From contig JBEWZL010000197.1 of the NCBI GenBank assembly GCA_045837725.1, forward strand, positions 1 through 46,590: a stretch of DNA of 46,590 nucleotides, in the 5' to 3' direction. Below, piece after piece: positions 22,601-35,020 of the stretch. Within the stretch, counting starts at the first letter, position 1; each line of letters opens with the position of its first letter. The position numbers were made by a program, and so were the translations under genes. Under the pieces are notes generated by a model that worked only from the letters and a program-made list of their open reading frames with translations, was not told where the DNA came from and did not search any database. Source of the DNA: Vermamoeba vermiformis (Eukaryota).

Positions 22601-23332
22601 TTCTTAGATAGAAATATTAACTTTATTATTTCTCGTACTAATGTAATTTTAAATTAGAAAGCTTCTCGTTTCAAAAGTCCGTTGGTAAGTCAAAGTTGTC
22701 GCATTCGTACGGTACTTAAGTACTAAATATTTCACTCAGATTGACAAGTACGGCACTAAGCTCGGCAATCTGGTGTTGTATTTGCGACAATTGTTCCGAG
22801 AAGATGACGAGGCTCGTGTGATTATTGTTTCAAAGGTAAGGTCCAACCAACCCACAAAACGCATTATAATTTTCTCTATTAAGGACGGAACTTACTTAAG
22901 ATTGATCGGATCAATATTAAAAGCATCTCGTATTAAGTACACTGTTGCTGGCGGGTAAGTTAGATTACTCAGGATTCACAGAACGAGATCCAGTTAATAA
23001 CGAAATTTCGCAGAAATGTGCTCGTCAAAGCGAATGCGATTCGCAAGTTCAAAGAAGACAATGTCCGCGTGATTATGATGGACTTGAATACTGGCACCTC
23101 AGGACTGTCCTTGATCAAAGCAAGTCATGTGATTTTGGTGGATCCGATAAGTGATGATGGTGACGAGGCATTAGCGTATGAACGACGAGCTATTGGATAC
23201 GTCAAACGACAAGGGCAAGAACAGGACGTGATGGTCGTGAAGTTTATTGTTAGTAATACGATTGAAGAGAAGAATTACAGTAATTATGCGGACTGTGCAC
23301 TGTTGGCACGAATTCGTGCATCTTCTACATAA
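19679..23332 (+). CDS. F-box + SNF2-family (Rad5/Rad16/SHPRH-like) ATPase with degenerate motifs, multi-exon
   Basis: F-box LPELPTEIWLEIL...VCRAWY; LHQYQIDAINWM; motif I GGILADETGLGKS; Ia VICPGQLVKQW; II WHRIVADEYDE; III WCVSGTP; V SGLSLIKASHVILVDP; VI RAIGYVKRQGQ. Confidence 0.85.
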
Positions 23333-23577
23333 ATATTATTGCATTTTCATAGTTATTGGTAAGAAGCTGCTTAGTCGTGACCACTTACTGAAAGTTACTT
23401 TGTCGGGATTCGCGGGTCCAAAAAAATCTATTCTTTAACTTGTATGCTAGGTGAATATTTACCTTCTCATTGCTGATATGCTTGTATGTATATTATGATG
23501 TGTCGAGGAATGAATTGGAAAACGGCAAATGTGGTCGAAACGAAACGAAAACGAGATTTTTATTTACAAAACCGAAA

Positions 23578-24953
23578 ATGGAGAGAAAGAGAGGACCCAA
23601 ATTAAGAGTGCTTTGTTTGCACGGCTATATGCAAAATAAAGATATATTTCGCAAGAAGCTAGGGTCATTTACAAAGATGTTTAAAGAATGGGAATTTGGT
23701 AAGAACGGATCTGGTCTTCATAATAAAATATTAATTTAGTTCCATATATAATAAATATAACATTTAAATTGCAAAAATAAAAAGACAAAAATATTTATTG
23801 ATTTATTTGCAGTTTGGATCGACGCCCCGCATGTAGTGCAAAAGACAGAAGAAGGAGGTGCGTATTAAAGACCAGCATTATTATAATACATCCATTTTAT
23901 TTGCCTAAATTGTCATTCGAGTCAGATTCGATGTTCAACCGTCAAGTTGTTTTCTTCAACTGCTGTTTTTTGACTCATAAATACCTAACTATAACATATT
24001 TGTATTATAGAGGAATTAAGAGGCTGGTACACTGATCCTACGCAACAGTATTTTACGACAACGAAAATTTACGGATTTGAAGAGTCATTGGAGTACTTGA
24101 AGGAAGTTTTCAGGACTCAAGTAAGCATTATTAGTATATTAATTATCGATTTATAATAATTTAAACGACATCGTAGCTTTGTTGTTCGAGATCCTCAATT
24201 TTCTGTTGGATCTACTTTCTGTTAACTTAAAGTCGGTAATTAATATTAAAATAAGGGTCCATTCGATGGAGTACTCGGATTTTCGCAAGGAGGAGTCGTT
24301 ACAGGCATTTTATGTGGATTAAGAAATAATGATCCGAAAAATTATGCCCCGATCCAAGTTGAAACTGAAGTAGAGACGAAAAATAACAGTAAAAATAGCA
24401 TTAGTAATACTAATGAAGAAAAAAATACGACTAAGCCTGCTGAAGAAACAAACGGAGCTGAAATTTCAAACAGTACATCCGCTACAAAAGATCTGAAAGA
24501 AGAGAAAAAAGAAGAAGAAGCAAAAGAAAAGGTAAATATGCCTATATATAAGACTTATAGAGTTTCTAAGCTTAATGTAACATTTAATATGCAGCAGGAA
24601 GACAATCCATTCATTTTCAAGTTTGCCTTCATTAGCTCTGCTTTTAAGACCTCAGTACCGCAATGGGACTTGTATAAACAAATAGGTAAGTAGTATTATG
24701 ACCATATTCGAGTAATCTCCATTCTTATTTTTACGTTTCAGATCCGGATCTTATTACGCTACACGCGTACGGAGATCTAGACGACTTAGTTAGCCCGGAT
24801 AAGAGCTTATTATTAGCTATGCAGTTCCCAGAAAAGAATAGAACATTATTGCCGCATACAGGAGGTCATTACGTGCCGACGAGTAGCGCAGCTAAAGACA
24901 TCTACAAAAAGTTTAGTACGCAGCATGGATCCAACTTAAAACTCCGGTCTTAA
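23578..24953 (+). CDS. FSH1/OVCA2-family serine hydrolase
   Basis: LRVLCLHGYMQN, GPFDGVLGFSQGG (nucleophile), GDLDDLV (Asp) and HTGGHYVP (His); a N/E/K/T-rich insertion follows the nucleophile. Confidence 0.9.
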
Positions 24954-25086
24954 TGTCCTATAATACTTGTAATAAATAATAAACGATATATTGATTGAAA
25001 TCGGCTTTTATTTTACATTGTTAGTGAGTTTAGATTCGGATCTTGCTCTGTGATTGCAATTCAAAATTTTGAAATCGGGTTTATAT

Positions 25087-26352
25087 TTAGATTGAAGAAG
25101 CGTTGATCAACTTCATGATGTCGGTAGTAGAAACAACACCTTGAGGTCTCATCTCGCCGTCAACAACCCAAACTCTGTGGACCTTGGATTCGACCAACTC
25201 TTTTACGACGTCCTTGAGCTTAGTATCGTGGTAGACAACGACGGGCTTAGCAGATTGAGGGCTGTGCTTGGCCAAGTATTCGTCGACGCGAAGTCTGAAG
25301 CTGGGCCATTGTTCAGTGTAGAGGCCCTTGAGATCGGATGCGCTGAAGTTACCAACCAAACGACCGAATTCGTCAATGACGGGGACTGCAGAGACGTGCT
25401 CCTTGGCAATAGCCTTAATAGCGAACAAAACGGAGTTTTCCTAAACGAAATTGAAGTCAGTACGCGATCACATCCAAAACAAAAATGATTTCAGAATAAA
25501 TCCGATTATAGAGATAGCGCATTACTTACGTCTCGAACGCGAACAGGGCTCTCCATGCCCAAGCCGAGCTGCTTAATAGTCTTTTCAGCAACGTCCTTCA
25601 AGTTACCAAAAGTAAACTCTTCGTGCAATCGTTGCAAGATGCTAGTTTGAGATAAAGTGCCAGTGACTTGCTCAGTGCGGTCTAATATAACATAGGATTA
25701 GCATATAATTCGATTTCAAGAACGCAGAAGGGTCGAATCCAGTCAACATCTGAAAACTTACCAATAATAGGAACACGGTGAAGACCGCGAGAAAACAAGT
25801 TGATGACGAAGGTGCAAGCTTCGTTTTCGATAATAGGAACGTAAGGATCGCGGCCAGAAGCGTCTGTAAATCAAATTAAAGTTAGATCCAGCTCGTTTCA
25901 AATAAATTCATGAAATTTTAGAACGTACTCAAAATATGTCTAACAGTTTCGAGGGCCATAGCGCGACCAGCAATTTCGAGGCTCTTCAATTCGTTTTCCT
26001 TGAGTTGAGTGGCATCAGGGGCAACGGAAAGGACGTAAGTGGCCACATCCAAAGTGTCGACCATACCGAGGCACTTGTTCTTGTCCTTAGTGTCAATAAC
26101 GGGCAAAGAGGTCAATTTGTGCTCGGCCATAAGCTAAAAAATAATTAATTAGCACAATTCAAGAGAGATCAAGCTAAATTTTAATTTTTTTTGATCTGCG
26201 GGTCGCCTTATGACTTCAATTTATTATCTAATACTTACTGAAACGGCCTTTTCAATGCCTTCTTCAGCAGAGACAGTCACGACCTTGTGCTTGTAGTCCT
26301 TGAAATCAGCAATGAAGATCTCGTGGAAGAATTTGTGCAAAGGATTAGACAT
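25087..26352 (-). CDS. four-CBS-domain protein (Sds23/AMPK-gamma-like)
   Basis: CBS motifs HKLTSLPVID, GLHRVPII, HVSAVPVIDEFGRLVGNFSASDLKG and KVHRVWVVD...GVVSTTDI across 5 exons; strong codon bias. Confidence 0.88.
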
Positions 26353-26734
26353 GTTGTATTGTAGTGTAGTTATGAGGTGTTGTTCTTGTCGTTAGTTGTA
26401 ACGAATGAATGAGTGACTGTTGATCAATCTTGCGGTTTTATAGCCATTTTTTTTCAATAATTCTGTAGTTTTGTTCATGAACGGTGCTTGACAACAAAAA
26501 TCTTATTGAAAGTGGTCAGATAATGTTGCACAGGTTTGCCAAATCTTTAACTGAACAGCCACGCTTCACTGAAGGTCTTAGAACAACAAGTTTTGCGGTT
26601 AAACGTTTCCCCGCGCAAATCCAAATCTGCAACAGATGAAACACACTGCTTCAAATATCAAAATTAACGTCGATAATATTATCACAAAATATTATTTATT
26701 TACGTACACGTGCCCAAAAGGTTAAAAACAATCT

Positions 26735-27097
26735 TCAAACGAAAGCAGCAAATGTGGCGTCGTTCCATCCCCACTCCTGGCCCTTCTTTTCAGTGAAAAT
26801 AAGGTAGACACGCTTGGGATCGATGCCAAAATGCTCTTGCATAATTTTGGTAAGTGCTGCAGTGATTTTGCAATTATTTTCGTTGGTTAATCCACCGATG
26901 CTTTCAACTGAAACCTTGGCGGCGGGTGCGCTCGAGGCTGCAAAGTATAGACGCACGTTGGTATGAGTTTCGACCATCATCCAATCTTCTGGCTTGCCTA
27001 AGACAACTCCAACAGCTTTTGAGACCTCCGATTCGAACTTAGCCAACTTAGATTCGTCATCAACTTTAACAGACAAGCTAATTGTTATAAGAGGCAT
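26735..27097 (-). CDS. MIF: macrophage migration inhibitory factor / D-dopachrome tautomerase family protein
   Basis: Starts M-P (catalytic Pro1) at 27097; LGKPEDWMMV, SIGG, GIDPKRVYLIF and WGWNDATF; 120 aa. Confidence 0.9.
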   Translation of the reverse strand: MPLITISLSVKVDDESKLAKFESEVSKAVGVVLGKPEDWMMVETHTNVRLYFAASSAPAAKVSVESIGGLTNENNCKITAALTKIMQEHFGIDPKRVYLIFTEKKGQEWGWNDATFAAFV

Positions 27098-27361
27098 TAT
27101 GTAGTGGATTAGTGGTTTTTTGGTGCTGGTGCTACTTTGCGTAAAAAAAAAAGTGAAATAACAGAACAAAGGCAGGATCGTCTGACATCTTGACACCGAA
27201 GAGCTTTATCGCAAATTTACGGAGTTTAATCATACAATATTTATCCCGGCAGTACTGGAGCTTAACTAGTGTTCAAATTTTGAACATTAAGTGCGATTTC
27301 AGTTTGAACCAGATTCACATTTTTCAAAGTCTTTTAAACTAAGCTTAGTTTATTAATATAC

Positions 27362-30300
27362 TTATTCAAAACTGCGTTTAGACGAAGGTTTTCTTCGTTT
27401 CTTATTGATCGTTCGTTTTTTAAAGTCTCGTTTGCCGAGTTGATGTTGGGCCTCTTGGTTGTCATCTTCGAACGACACGCGCTTGGCTTTGAACGATTCC
27501 AAGGCATTGGTAAGTGCTAATTTCTCTTCAGCTCGGGCCTATATAACGATTCATTAGTGAGCTATACTTAATATTGATTATGTAAGTTTAAAAAATTCGC
27601 GCCAAATCAGATCTGAACACGGATCCAAAAACTTTTTTTGGTGCGCTAATTTAGTCGTGATATCGATAATATCATAATTATATACTAGTATAGTGTTATA
27701 TAATCCTATTTAATCGTTAAACTTACCAACAAAGCGTACCACTGGCGGTCAGTCAAGTCACCAGACTTTTCAAGCAATTGTAAGTCTTCCTATGATAATA
27801 AGAGTTAATATTAATATACAAAGTATCGTTTTTAAGATTAAATTAATATTTAACTTTAAAGTACCTCTAAGGTCGTGCCAAAACGCTTGAGGTGCGTGTT
27901 CAAAATGTTGTTCAATTCCATGAAGGCAGCTCGTTCAGTATCCTAATTAGAATGATTAATATACGCACGTCTATAATAGTTATATATTATTATCTTACGT
28001 CGTCGAACTGTTGCAGTGGATTCGGCAACATTGCGAGATTTCTTCGGTCGTCAGCTCTCAATTCATAGAGCTTGGCACGAAGTATAGCCATAATCTAAAT
28101 ATCATAGCATTAATTACGAAATAATTAGTCGACCTATGAGCTGTAACTTACTCGATCTGGAACACCATCCGAATAGACAAAATAATCCGTGTAAGGGTAC
28201 ATCGATTGGCCTCTAATAAGTCAAATATTAATACTAGGACCTTATTTGTACTGATTATAGTGCTTACTTAATAACTTTTCTAGCAGTGAGCCATTTGAGT
28301 TTAGTATCAAAATCTGGATCTTCGTCGTTCAAATTGATATTAATAGCAGCAACTTCTCGTTGATTTTTCTCATCTATTTGCAAATATCGATTAATACGGT
28401 ATTATATTTTAATAAGGTAAGTTAGACGTACCAACAAAACCCCAGATGCGGATCAATTCCAAGTTAGGAATACCAGGGCTGTAATCTCTGAAAATTTGAT
28501 CTCCTGCGTCCATATCTTCTTCCACGGTAAACACTAACTCGTTTGTAGCTTCATCGAGTACGAGATTGGTCTGAAAAAGAATCGTTGTTAACTCGTGACT
28601 TTCAACGAACTAGTAATGTCATCACGTGGTTTGACAGGACGTTGTTATTGATAAATAGTATGCCAATGAGTAGTATAATGTACCTTAGCACCAGCTTTGT
28701 GATTCATGAAATCTAGACCGGGAGCCAGGTACGCTTTGAAGCCCTCACCAGGGAGAGTTAGACCAACGGAACGTGTGAAGACAGTAACCCAGCCCCATTT
28801 GTAGTCTTCAAATGTATACTTCTCGGGAGTGAAGATATCAGGATAGTCCTATGAATACATTAGTACGATTGCAGGTGCCAAAAAAGTCTTAGCAAGATCC
28901 GAGGTGACACGTGTCAACAATTTGACGGATCTCGCTAGGTTTCGCCTTATTAACCTCGTATTTTATAATCCTTATACTAGTATAAGTACTTACGACGAAT
29001 AGACCGTCAACGAAGACTTCATTGTACTCGCTCTCAAATCCCTCGAGATCTGCAGCAATACGATCCAAAATGAACGAGCCTGTCAACTCTTCTTTGTCTT
29101 CTTCGCTCCAAAACATAGGCGTGTTATATTCCTTAGGCAACAATCCTAAATAATAAATAAGAGTCAATTAACGTAAGATTCGTATTTTTAAGATAAAATT
29201 TAATTTTGCCCTTGAGGCTATTGGAGCCAACTAAGGAGCTAAATTTACGTCTATAATTAGGCGGTAGATTTTATCGTGCTACGTACTTAAATACGGCCAG
29301 TAATAGGAGCTATTGCCCTTGTTTCTTTCGTACAACAGTACAACGACTAGCGCGGCACGGCTCTAAATCGATACAACATTAATATATAGTAAAAATGATA
29401 ATGAAAATATTTATAATTAATTAGGAAGTTATTCGTACCTGGTGCAATGCTTCATAGTTGACGAGGATCTCCCCGATCTCGGGGTGATTCAGTGAACTGT
29501 CCATGCTCAACAGCATTGAACCAGGTATGCGGAATATCTCAGTGCCGGCCTAATATCAGAATTAATATTTACGTTCGTATTATCATTCATTAGAGTCCAA
29601 AAATGTATCGTAGATCTAGCACCCAACGAGGATCTGAAACTTACTTCTAAGGACTTGTTGGCGACTAAACCGCGTCCCATACGATCAAATTTGCGCATAT
29701 CAACACCAGTCACTTGAACTCCTTTCTCACGCAACCATACAAAGAACTGTGCTTCGAGTTCTAGTGGATGTCGCGTTAGATCGGTCAATAATTTAGCATT
29801 AGCACGTTATAAGCTATTTTCGTTAAATATGGTAACCAATTAATGTTACAAAATAATTTAAAATAATAAATCTTCACGAGTAATAATATGACGGCAACAT
29901 TTTTGAACGGATGCGATTACATTTTTCATTGTTATTGTTTGTATTGTGCCATAGAAATATGACATTATTTTATTTAGCAAAAAATTACTATGATAATATT
30001 ACCTGCATCAGTAGGCTCCGTGGCGTTGTTCGACACCATAACGACTGCCGCGTCAGCAGTGTGATCTTCAACAACGACGTCTTCGCAATGAACCTGCAGT
30101 AATAATATTATATTTTAATATTTTAATACCAAATTGTCGTTAAATGTTGCTATAACGTTTAACCAAAAAAGATTCTTTGGATGCGGTGAAAATTAATATT
30201 CAATTTGAGTATCGTGCATTATTACGTAAAATTAAGTTCAAAAATTATTATCATAATTAAATAAAATATTTTGGATGATTTAAATTTCAATCGGATCGAC

Positions 30301-30406
30301 AAGGGCGAATATGTAGTGAGACAACACAGCGCTTCAGTGCAGTAGTACTACTTACAAACAACGAACAACCTAATATTATGGCCACAATAATTACGTTGAA
30401 CTTCAT
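27362..30406 (-). CDS. SET-domain (SETD3/SETD6/Rubisco-LSMT type) methyltransferase with N-terminal signal peptide, about 14 exons
   Basis: FFVWLREKGV, GRGLVA, SYYWPYL..LP, FEDYKWGWVTVFTRS, LAPGLDFMNH, GDQIFRDY..PNLELIRIWGF and an LSMT substrate-binding-like C-terminal part. Exons 1-2 give MKFNVIIVAIILGCSLFVHC-EDV. Confidence 0.85.
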
Positions 30407-30633
30407 TGTTGTGCTCTGTTTGATCAACAAAATTTTAAATGAACACCGCCACTATCATGTTCAATCGAGGTTTTTGAGCGCTCAACTGGTCGTAATGAGT
30501 CATACTGATGACAATACATTATTTCGTGTATCATTTGCTCAACTTGCTGAACGACGCGAACAATCAGAAACTAAGACTGTTATTTTTATTAGTCAAATTG
30601 AATTGACTCTTGCACTTTATCAACCTTTTTCCG

Positions 30634-32762
30634 TTAATGCTCCTCATCACTAACCTCAAACAGGTCTTCTTCATCTGGCTCACTCTCAAACTCCTCTCCA
30701 TCATCACAATAAGCCATCAATTCAACAAACTGTGCCACAAAAGGACCATAATAAGTTGAAATAATACTTGCATCAACTAGCATTAAGTTATCTGGCATGT
30801 GTTGGGGAATGTGAGTGATTTGTTTGTTGGTGATAAACAAGTAAATGATCTTGTATTCCTCTGCCACATTTTCAAAGCACTTCTGAAGTTGGATGTACCA
30901 TTTTTGCACTTGCCAGAATGGAACTGTTGTTATTTTTTGGCCTGGTTTCTCCAAATGCTTCAGTTGTTTGACAATCATGATCTTTTGGTTGTCAACTGTG
31001 CGAAAGAACAGTCGGCCATCCACTAATGGATTGCCTGGACAACTCAAGAAAGAGTAGTTGAAGAATTGAGCTGGCTTGATCACACCATGGGCCTCTGTTT
31101 TGATGCCCTGCAAGCAAAATCAAAAACAAGAGCAAGAACATTCAACACTCACCTCAATTTTTGCAACTTTGGCCCCTTTCTTAATAAAGAGCTCTGTTTC
31201 TTGTGTACAATCAATGATCTCAAGTTTTAGCTTCAGCTCCATTAGCTGATGGTTCATGATGGCTCTAAACACATCTGATAGCTTACACACTTTGCCAACT
31301 GCAAAAATTGATGCTTTGACGTGCACTGGCTGCAAATAACATTACTTTGGCTTTGCAATGCAACAACTTACATCAAGTGCATGTTCAAGTTTCTTAAACA
31401 TCTGCCAAGTGAATTGAACACCAGGAGTTGGCAGTAATTCTACTGGCACCAGAGCATGAGGGTAGGTGCTGTGGAAGTTGCCATAAGTCTCATTAGCTTT
31501 GATGAGCTGATGGTAGGGCAGGAAGGGTGCATGTTTGTAACCACATCGATAGATGGTTCCTTGTACCTCCAGTTCATGAATCAACTGAACCATTGAGTCT
31601 TGCAACAGAGTTATTGGAGTACCTGCAAAGACAAAGTGCAGTAACTCATTAAATCCTTTTGATTGTTGTAACTGTTCATTTGACTGACATACATGTTAGT
31701 GATTGGTTACAAATGTCAACACTTACAATAGCTATTCTTGCAAACAATTCAGAAGTGATGAAGGAAGCAAGACTCTGTATTGACTCTTTGGTTGAAAGAG
31801 TTTCTATTGGAAATGATTCCAGGATATCAACAATGACATGAAGAACACGAGGAGTTGATGCCATCAAGAACAGGAGCCTTTTGAAGGGCACACAATCAAG
31901 CCATTTTGCATAGGTAGGTAAGCAATGCATAAATACAGCTTCAATGCTGTTAGGTGAAAGTGGAGGCAGTGAAATGAGATGATGTCCAAATGGAGATGAA
32001 TTAAAGATGTTCTGTAATTCTCCATAGACAGTGCCAGAGATAACAGGGAAGATGACAACATTGTCTTGCTTGGCTCTACATGCCATGTAGCTACCTATTG
32101 AATAGACTATCTCCCTTGACATTGATTTGCTTTGGTCTACAACATTATTGAACCCATCAATGACCAAAAGAATAGCACAAAGTCCTTCTGGTTGATGGTG
32201 TCTAATTGCAGACACCGTTGTGTCCAAATCAAATACATCACACAGGTCCCAGAATCTAGTTGTGTTGCAGAATTGAACTGCTGTGCAAGAGTAGAGAGCT
32301 TTGCAGGCCATGCGCAGACCAAGAGCTTTTGATGCAGTGTTGGCACTTTCAGATGGCAGCAATCGATCTGCATTACCAAAGTCAATGTAGATCTTGACAC
32401 AACTGGTTATCTAAAATGAGGATAAGTACTTTTGTCAAGATGAAGGACTTACTGACCTTTGGTGTCTTTTGAACAAATTCGTCACACCAATTGTGCATCT
32501 CATGGCAGATGTGTGTTTTTCCACTTCCACTGCCTCCAACAATAGCATAGAACACTTGAAAAATCTTTTCAACCTTGCCATGATTCATAACATTTGCTGC
32601 AAACATCTGAAGGGCCTTTGTTTGTGCTTCATGGCGATCAAGAAGTGGTGCACGTGTGTCTGTTGCAGAAACATCAGAGTGAATATTGACCCAATCTTTT
32701 AGCATTAAAATCAAAGCAACTCTCTCTTTAAAAGACAATCTGCAAATATCTGCATCTTTTAC
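30634..32762 (-). CDS. Crinkler-type P-loop NTPase + PD-(D/E)xK restriction-endonuclease-fold protein; 5' end unresolved
   Basis: Four 42-46 bp phase-0 introns (32456-32411, 31726-31684, 31371-31330, 31152-31108) join the ORF fragments into about 650 open codons. Motifs: Walker A IVGGSGSGKT, IYIDFGN, LGLR, Walker B LLVIDG, PVISGT, ISLPPLS, PR, FTWQ.F, then DGRLFF...IVKQLK and YLFITN. Confidence 0.72.
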
Positions 32763-33133
32763 CTTGTTAGCAATGCAAGGTAATTTATACAAGATTAATT
32801 TGGATTCAAATTTTAGGTTTGCAGATTAAGTATTTCAAATATTCAAGTAAGACATAATAGAATTTTATTCTTAGTAATTGGTAATTAAAATAATAATTTC
32901 TGCTAATATTAATTAATTCGGTGGCAAACTCTACGATTAATCCAATTAATTAAATTTCAATTACCGTTTGCATTTTTCTCCATGTTTTTCGGTTGCCGTT
33001 TAATCTCTTGTTTCGTTTTGCGTTGGAAAAAAGCGTAACAGCAGCGTTATTGTCACGTACGCTGTGCAAGAAACAAATAACAATCCTTATTAAGCTCACA
33101 CAAAATTTTTGCAGGCGGGCGAACGAAACCGAT

Positions 33134-35020
33134 TTATTTAAAGGAACAGCGATACAATCGAGGCATTTTGTCACTAAATTTCTTAAAATTTTTCGGCTTG
33201 CCGATTCCGCTCCGTGCTGACTTCGACACGAACGTTAAATGCTGCAAAGATGTCAAATGTGTCAAATAAACTCCGTGCAGTGCTTTTGAGCGGCAGACAG
33301 TTAACTTTGACAAGTTCGTTAGCGAACTCAATGCAAGAATTTTTTCTTCCGCGTCGAGTTTCCACAACATCAAGTTACACAGTTTCGTCAATTTTGGAAG
33401 GTATTGCCAAAAAAGGACATCGTTCATTGTGGTGCCGAGGTGCAAAACTTCCAAATTTGTCAAGGACGCAAGACACGTGTGGTGTTTAGCGAGGTGTTCC
33501 GATGTCAAGCGCACTTCCAAATTAGTCAATTTTGACGCGAATTGACTAATGTCGTCGAGAACTTCCGCTGGCATTGCAACCAAGGCAAGGGTTTCCAAAT
33601 TAGTCAATTTTGATATCGACCAATCATCTGTCACGTGGAACTTGCCTGCCATGATAGCAATAGTACTGGTCTCTAATCTCGTCAATTTTGTTAAATTTTG
33701 AATGCTCGTTAATGACGGCCTGTCGCCAGCAACTTGGACTTTCAAACTGACCAAATTTGTCAAATAGCTTAATGGACTATAATCCATGTGTTCTACTCCG
33801 TTAAATTCGTACAAAGCTATCTCTTTCAGTGAACCGTGAAATGCTGACAAAGGCTCGAGATCTAGCTCCGCACACGCGTACATTTCTAGTTGCGTCAAGT
33901 GCGTTGATTGAATTGTTGCAAAGACATTGCCTAACATTAAATTGTGCCAATGAAATGCTTCTAATGCTGTCAACGGTGCCAGATCCAGTTTAACGTCCAT
34001 AACATTCGCTGAACAAATTACTCCTAATACTAACTTTTTGAGTTTGTGCAATGCAGTAACGTGAACAAAATCACGCGTGATTGTTTCAGCTTTTAAATAT
34101 GTCAAATTGGTCAAGTTATAGTAGTCGTAGTAAAATGCGTTGTGGAGGACCAAATTTTGAATGGATGTCGTTAGTTTGCTTAACATGTTGTTGCGTTCAT
34201 TATAAGCTGTATCTGAATACTCAAGGCTCTTGATATTTTTGAATCGTGTTAATACGGTCAAGTCTATATTCCTCTTCTTTAGCGTTATACTTGTGACGCG
34301 ATCCGGATTTGGCAAAATATTTAACGGATCTTGATCTCTTAACATGTAATTGTCGTTATTGGTCAGTTCTTCGATATTAGTCATTTGGTTAATATCATGG
34401 TTATCATATTTTGCCAAATTAACTGCTCGTAGGTTGAGATAATCTCCTCGATCGCGCGTTGGAAAATGTGGAAACTCTACTAGGTTCTTCAGTCGTTGAA
34501 AATTAGAATAATGCTGAGTAGGAACTCTATAATTAACATATTGAGACAAGAAATCGAATGATAATGCCGTCAAATTTGATAATTTCCAGATGTGTTCAGC
34601 ATACGAATCCAACACTGTATCAACGCTCTTTTTGAAATGAAGGCCGAGATGAATATTTCCATAATTTTCAGCCAAATAATCGACTATCTCTGGCAGTTTT
34701 GAAGCTCTTGTAAAGTAGATGTTGAACGATGACATCTGTATCTGCTGTCGGTAATAGCTATTCGTCGCTCGCATTCGTACTTTTGTACCATAATCTAAGT
34801 TTGATAATATTATAGCGACTATTTCTCGTGGTAACTTCTCGTGCAAGTAATCCTTCAGAAAAAAATTAAAATTAATGATACAATTGTGAGGTCGTCGAGC
34901 TATTCGTAATTAAATAATGCATATTTGTCAATACTATATATATGGCGTTTTCTAAATTCCAAACAATTAAAGTGGCGATCAGATTTGGGCAGATCGGACA
35001 AATAATTCACAACGTACCAT
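33134..35020 (-). CDS. F-box + leucine-rich repeat protein (about 573 aa)
   Basis: F-box LPREIVAIILSNLD...MRATNSYY and LTNL/LTKL repeats. The likely first coding exon is ATG only (35020-35018), spliced via intron 35017-34853 to DYLHEKLP. Confidence 0.82.

Noticed and set aside
30634-32792. Initial reading as a stop-riddled pseudogene
   Set aside because: All stops and frame changes fall inside four canonical short introns.
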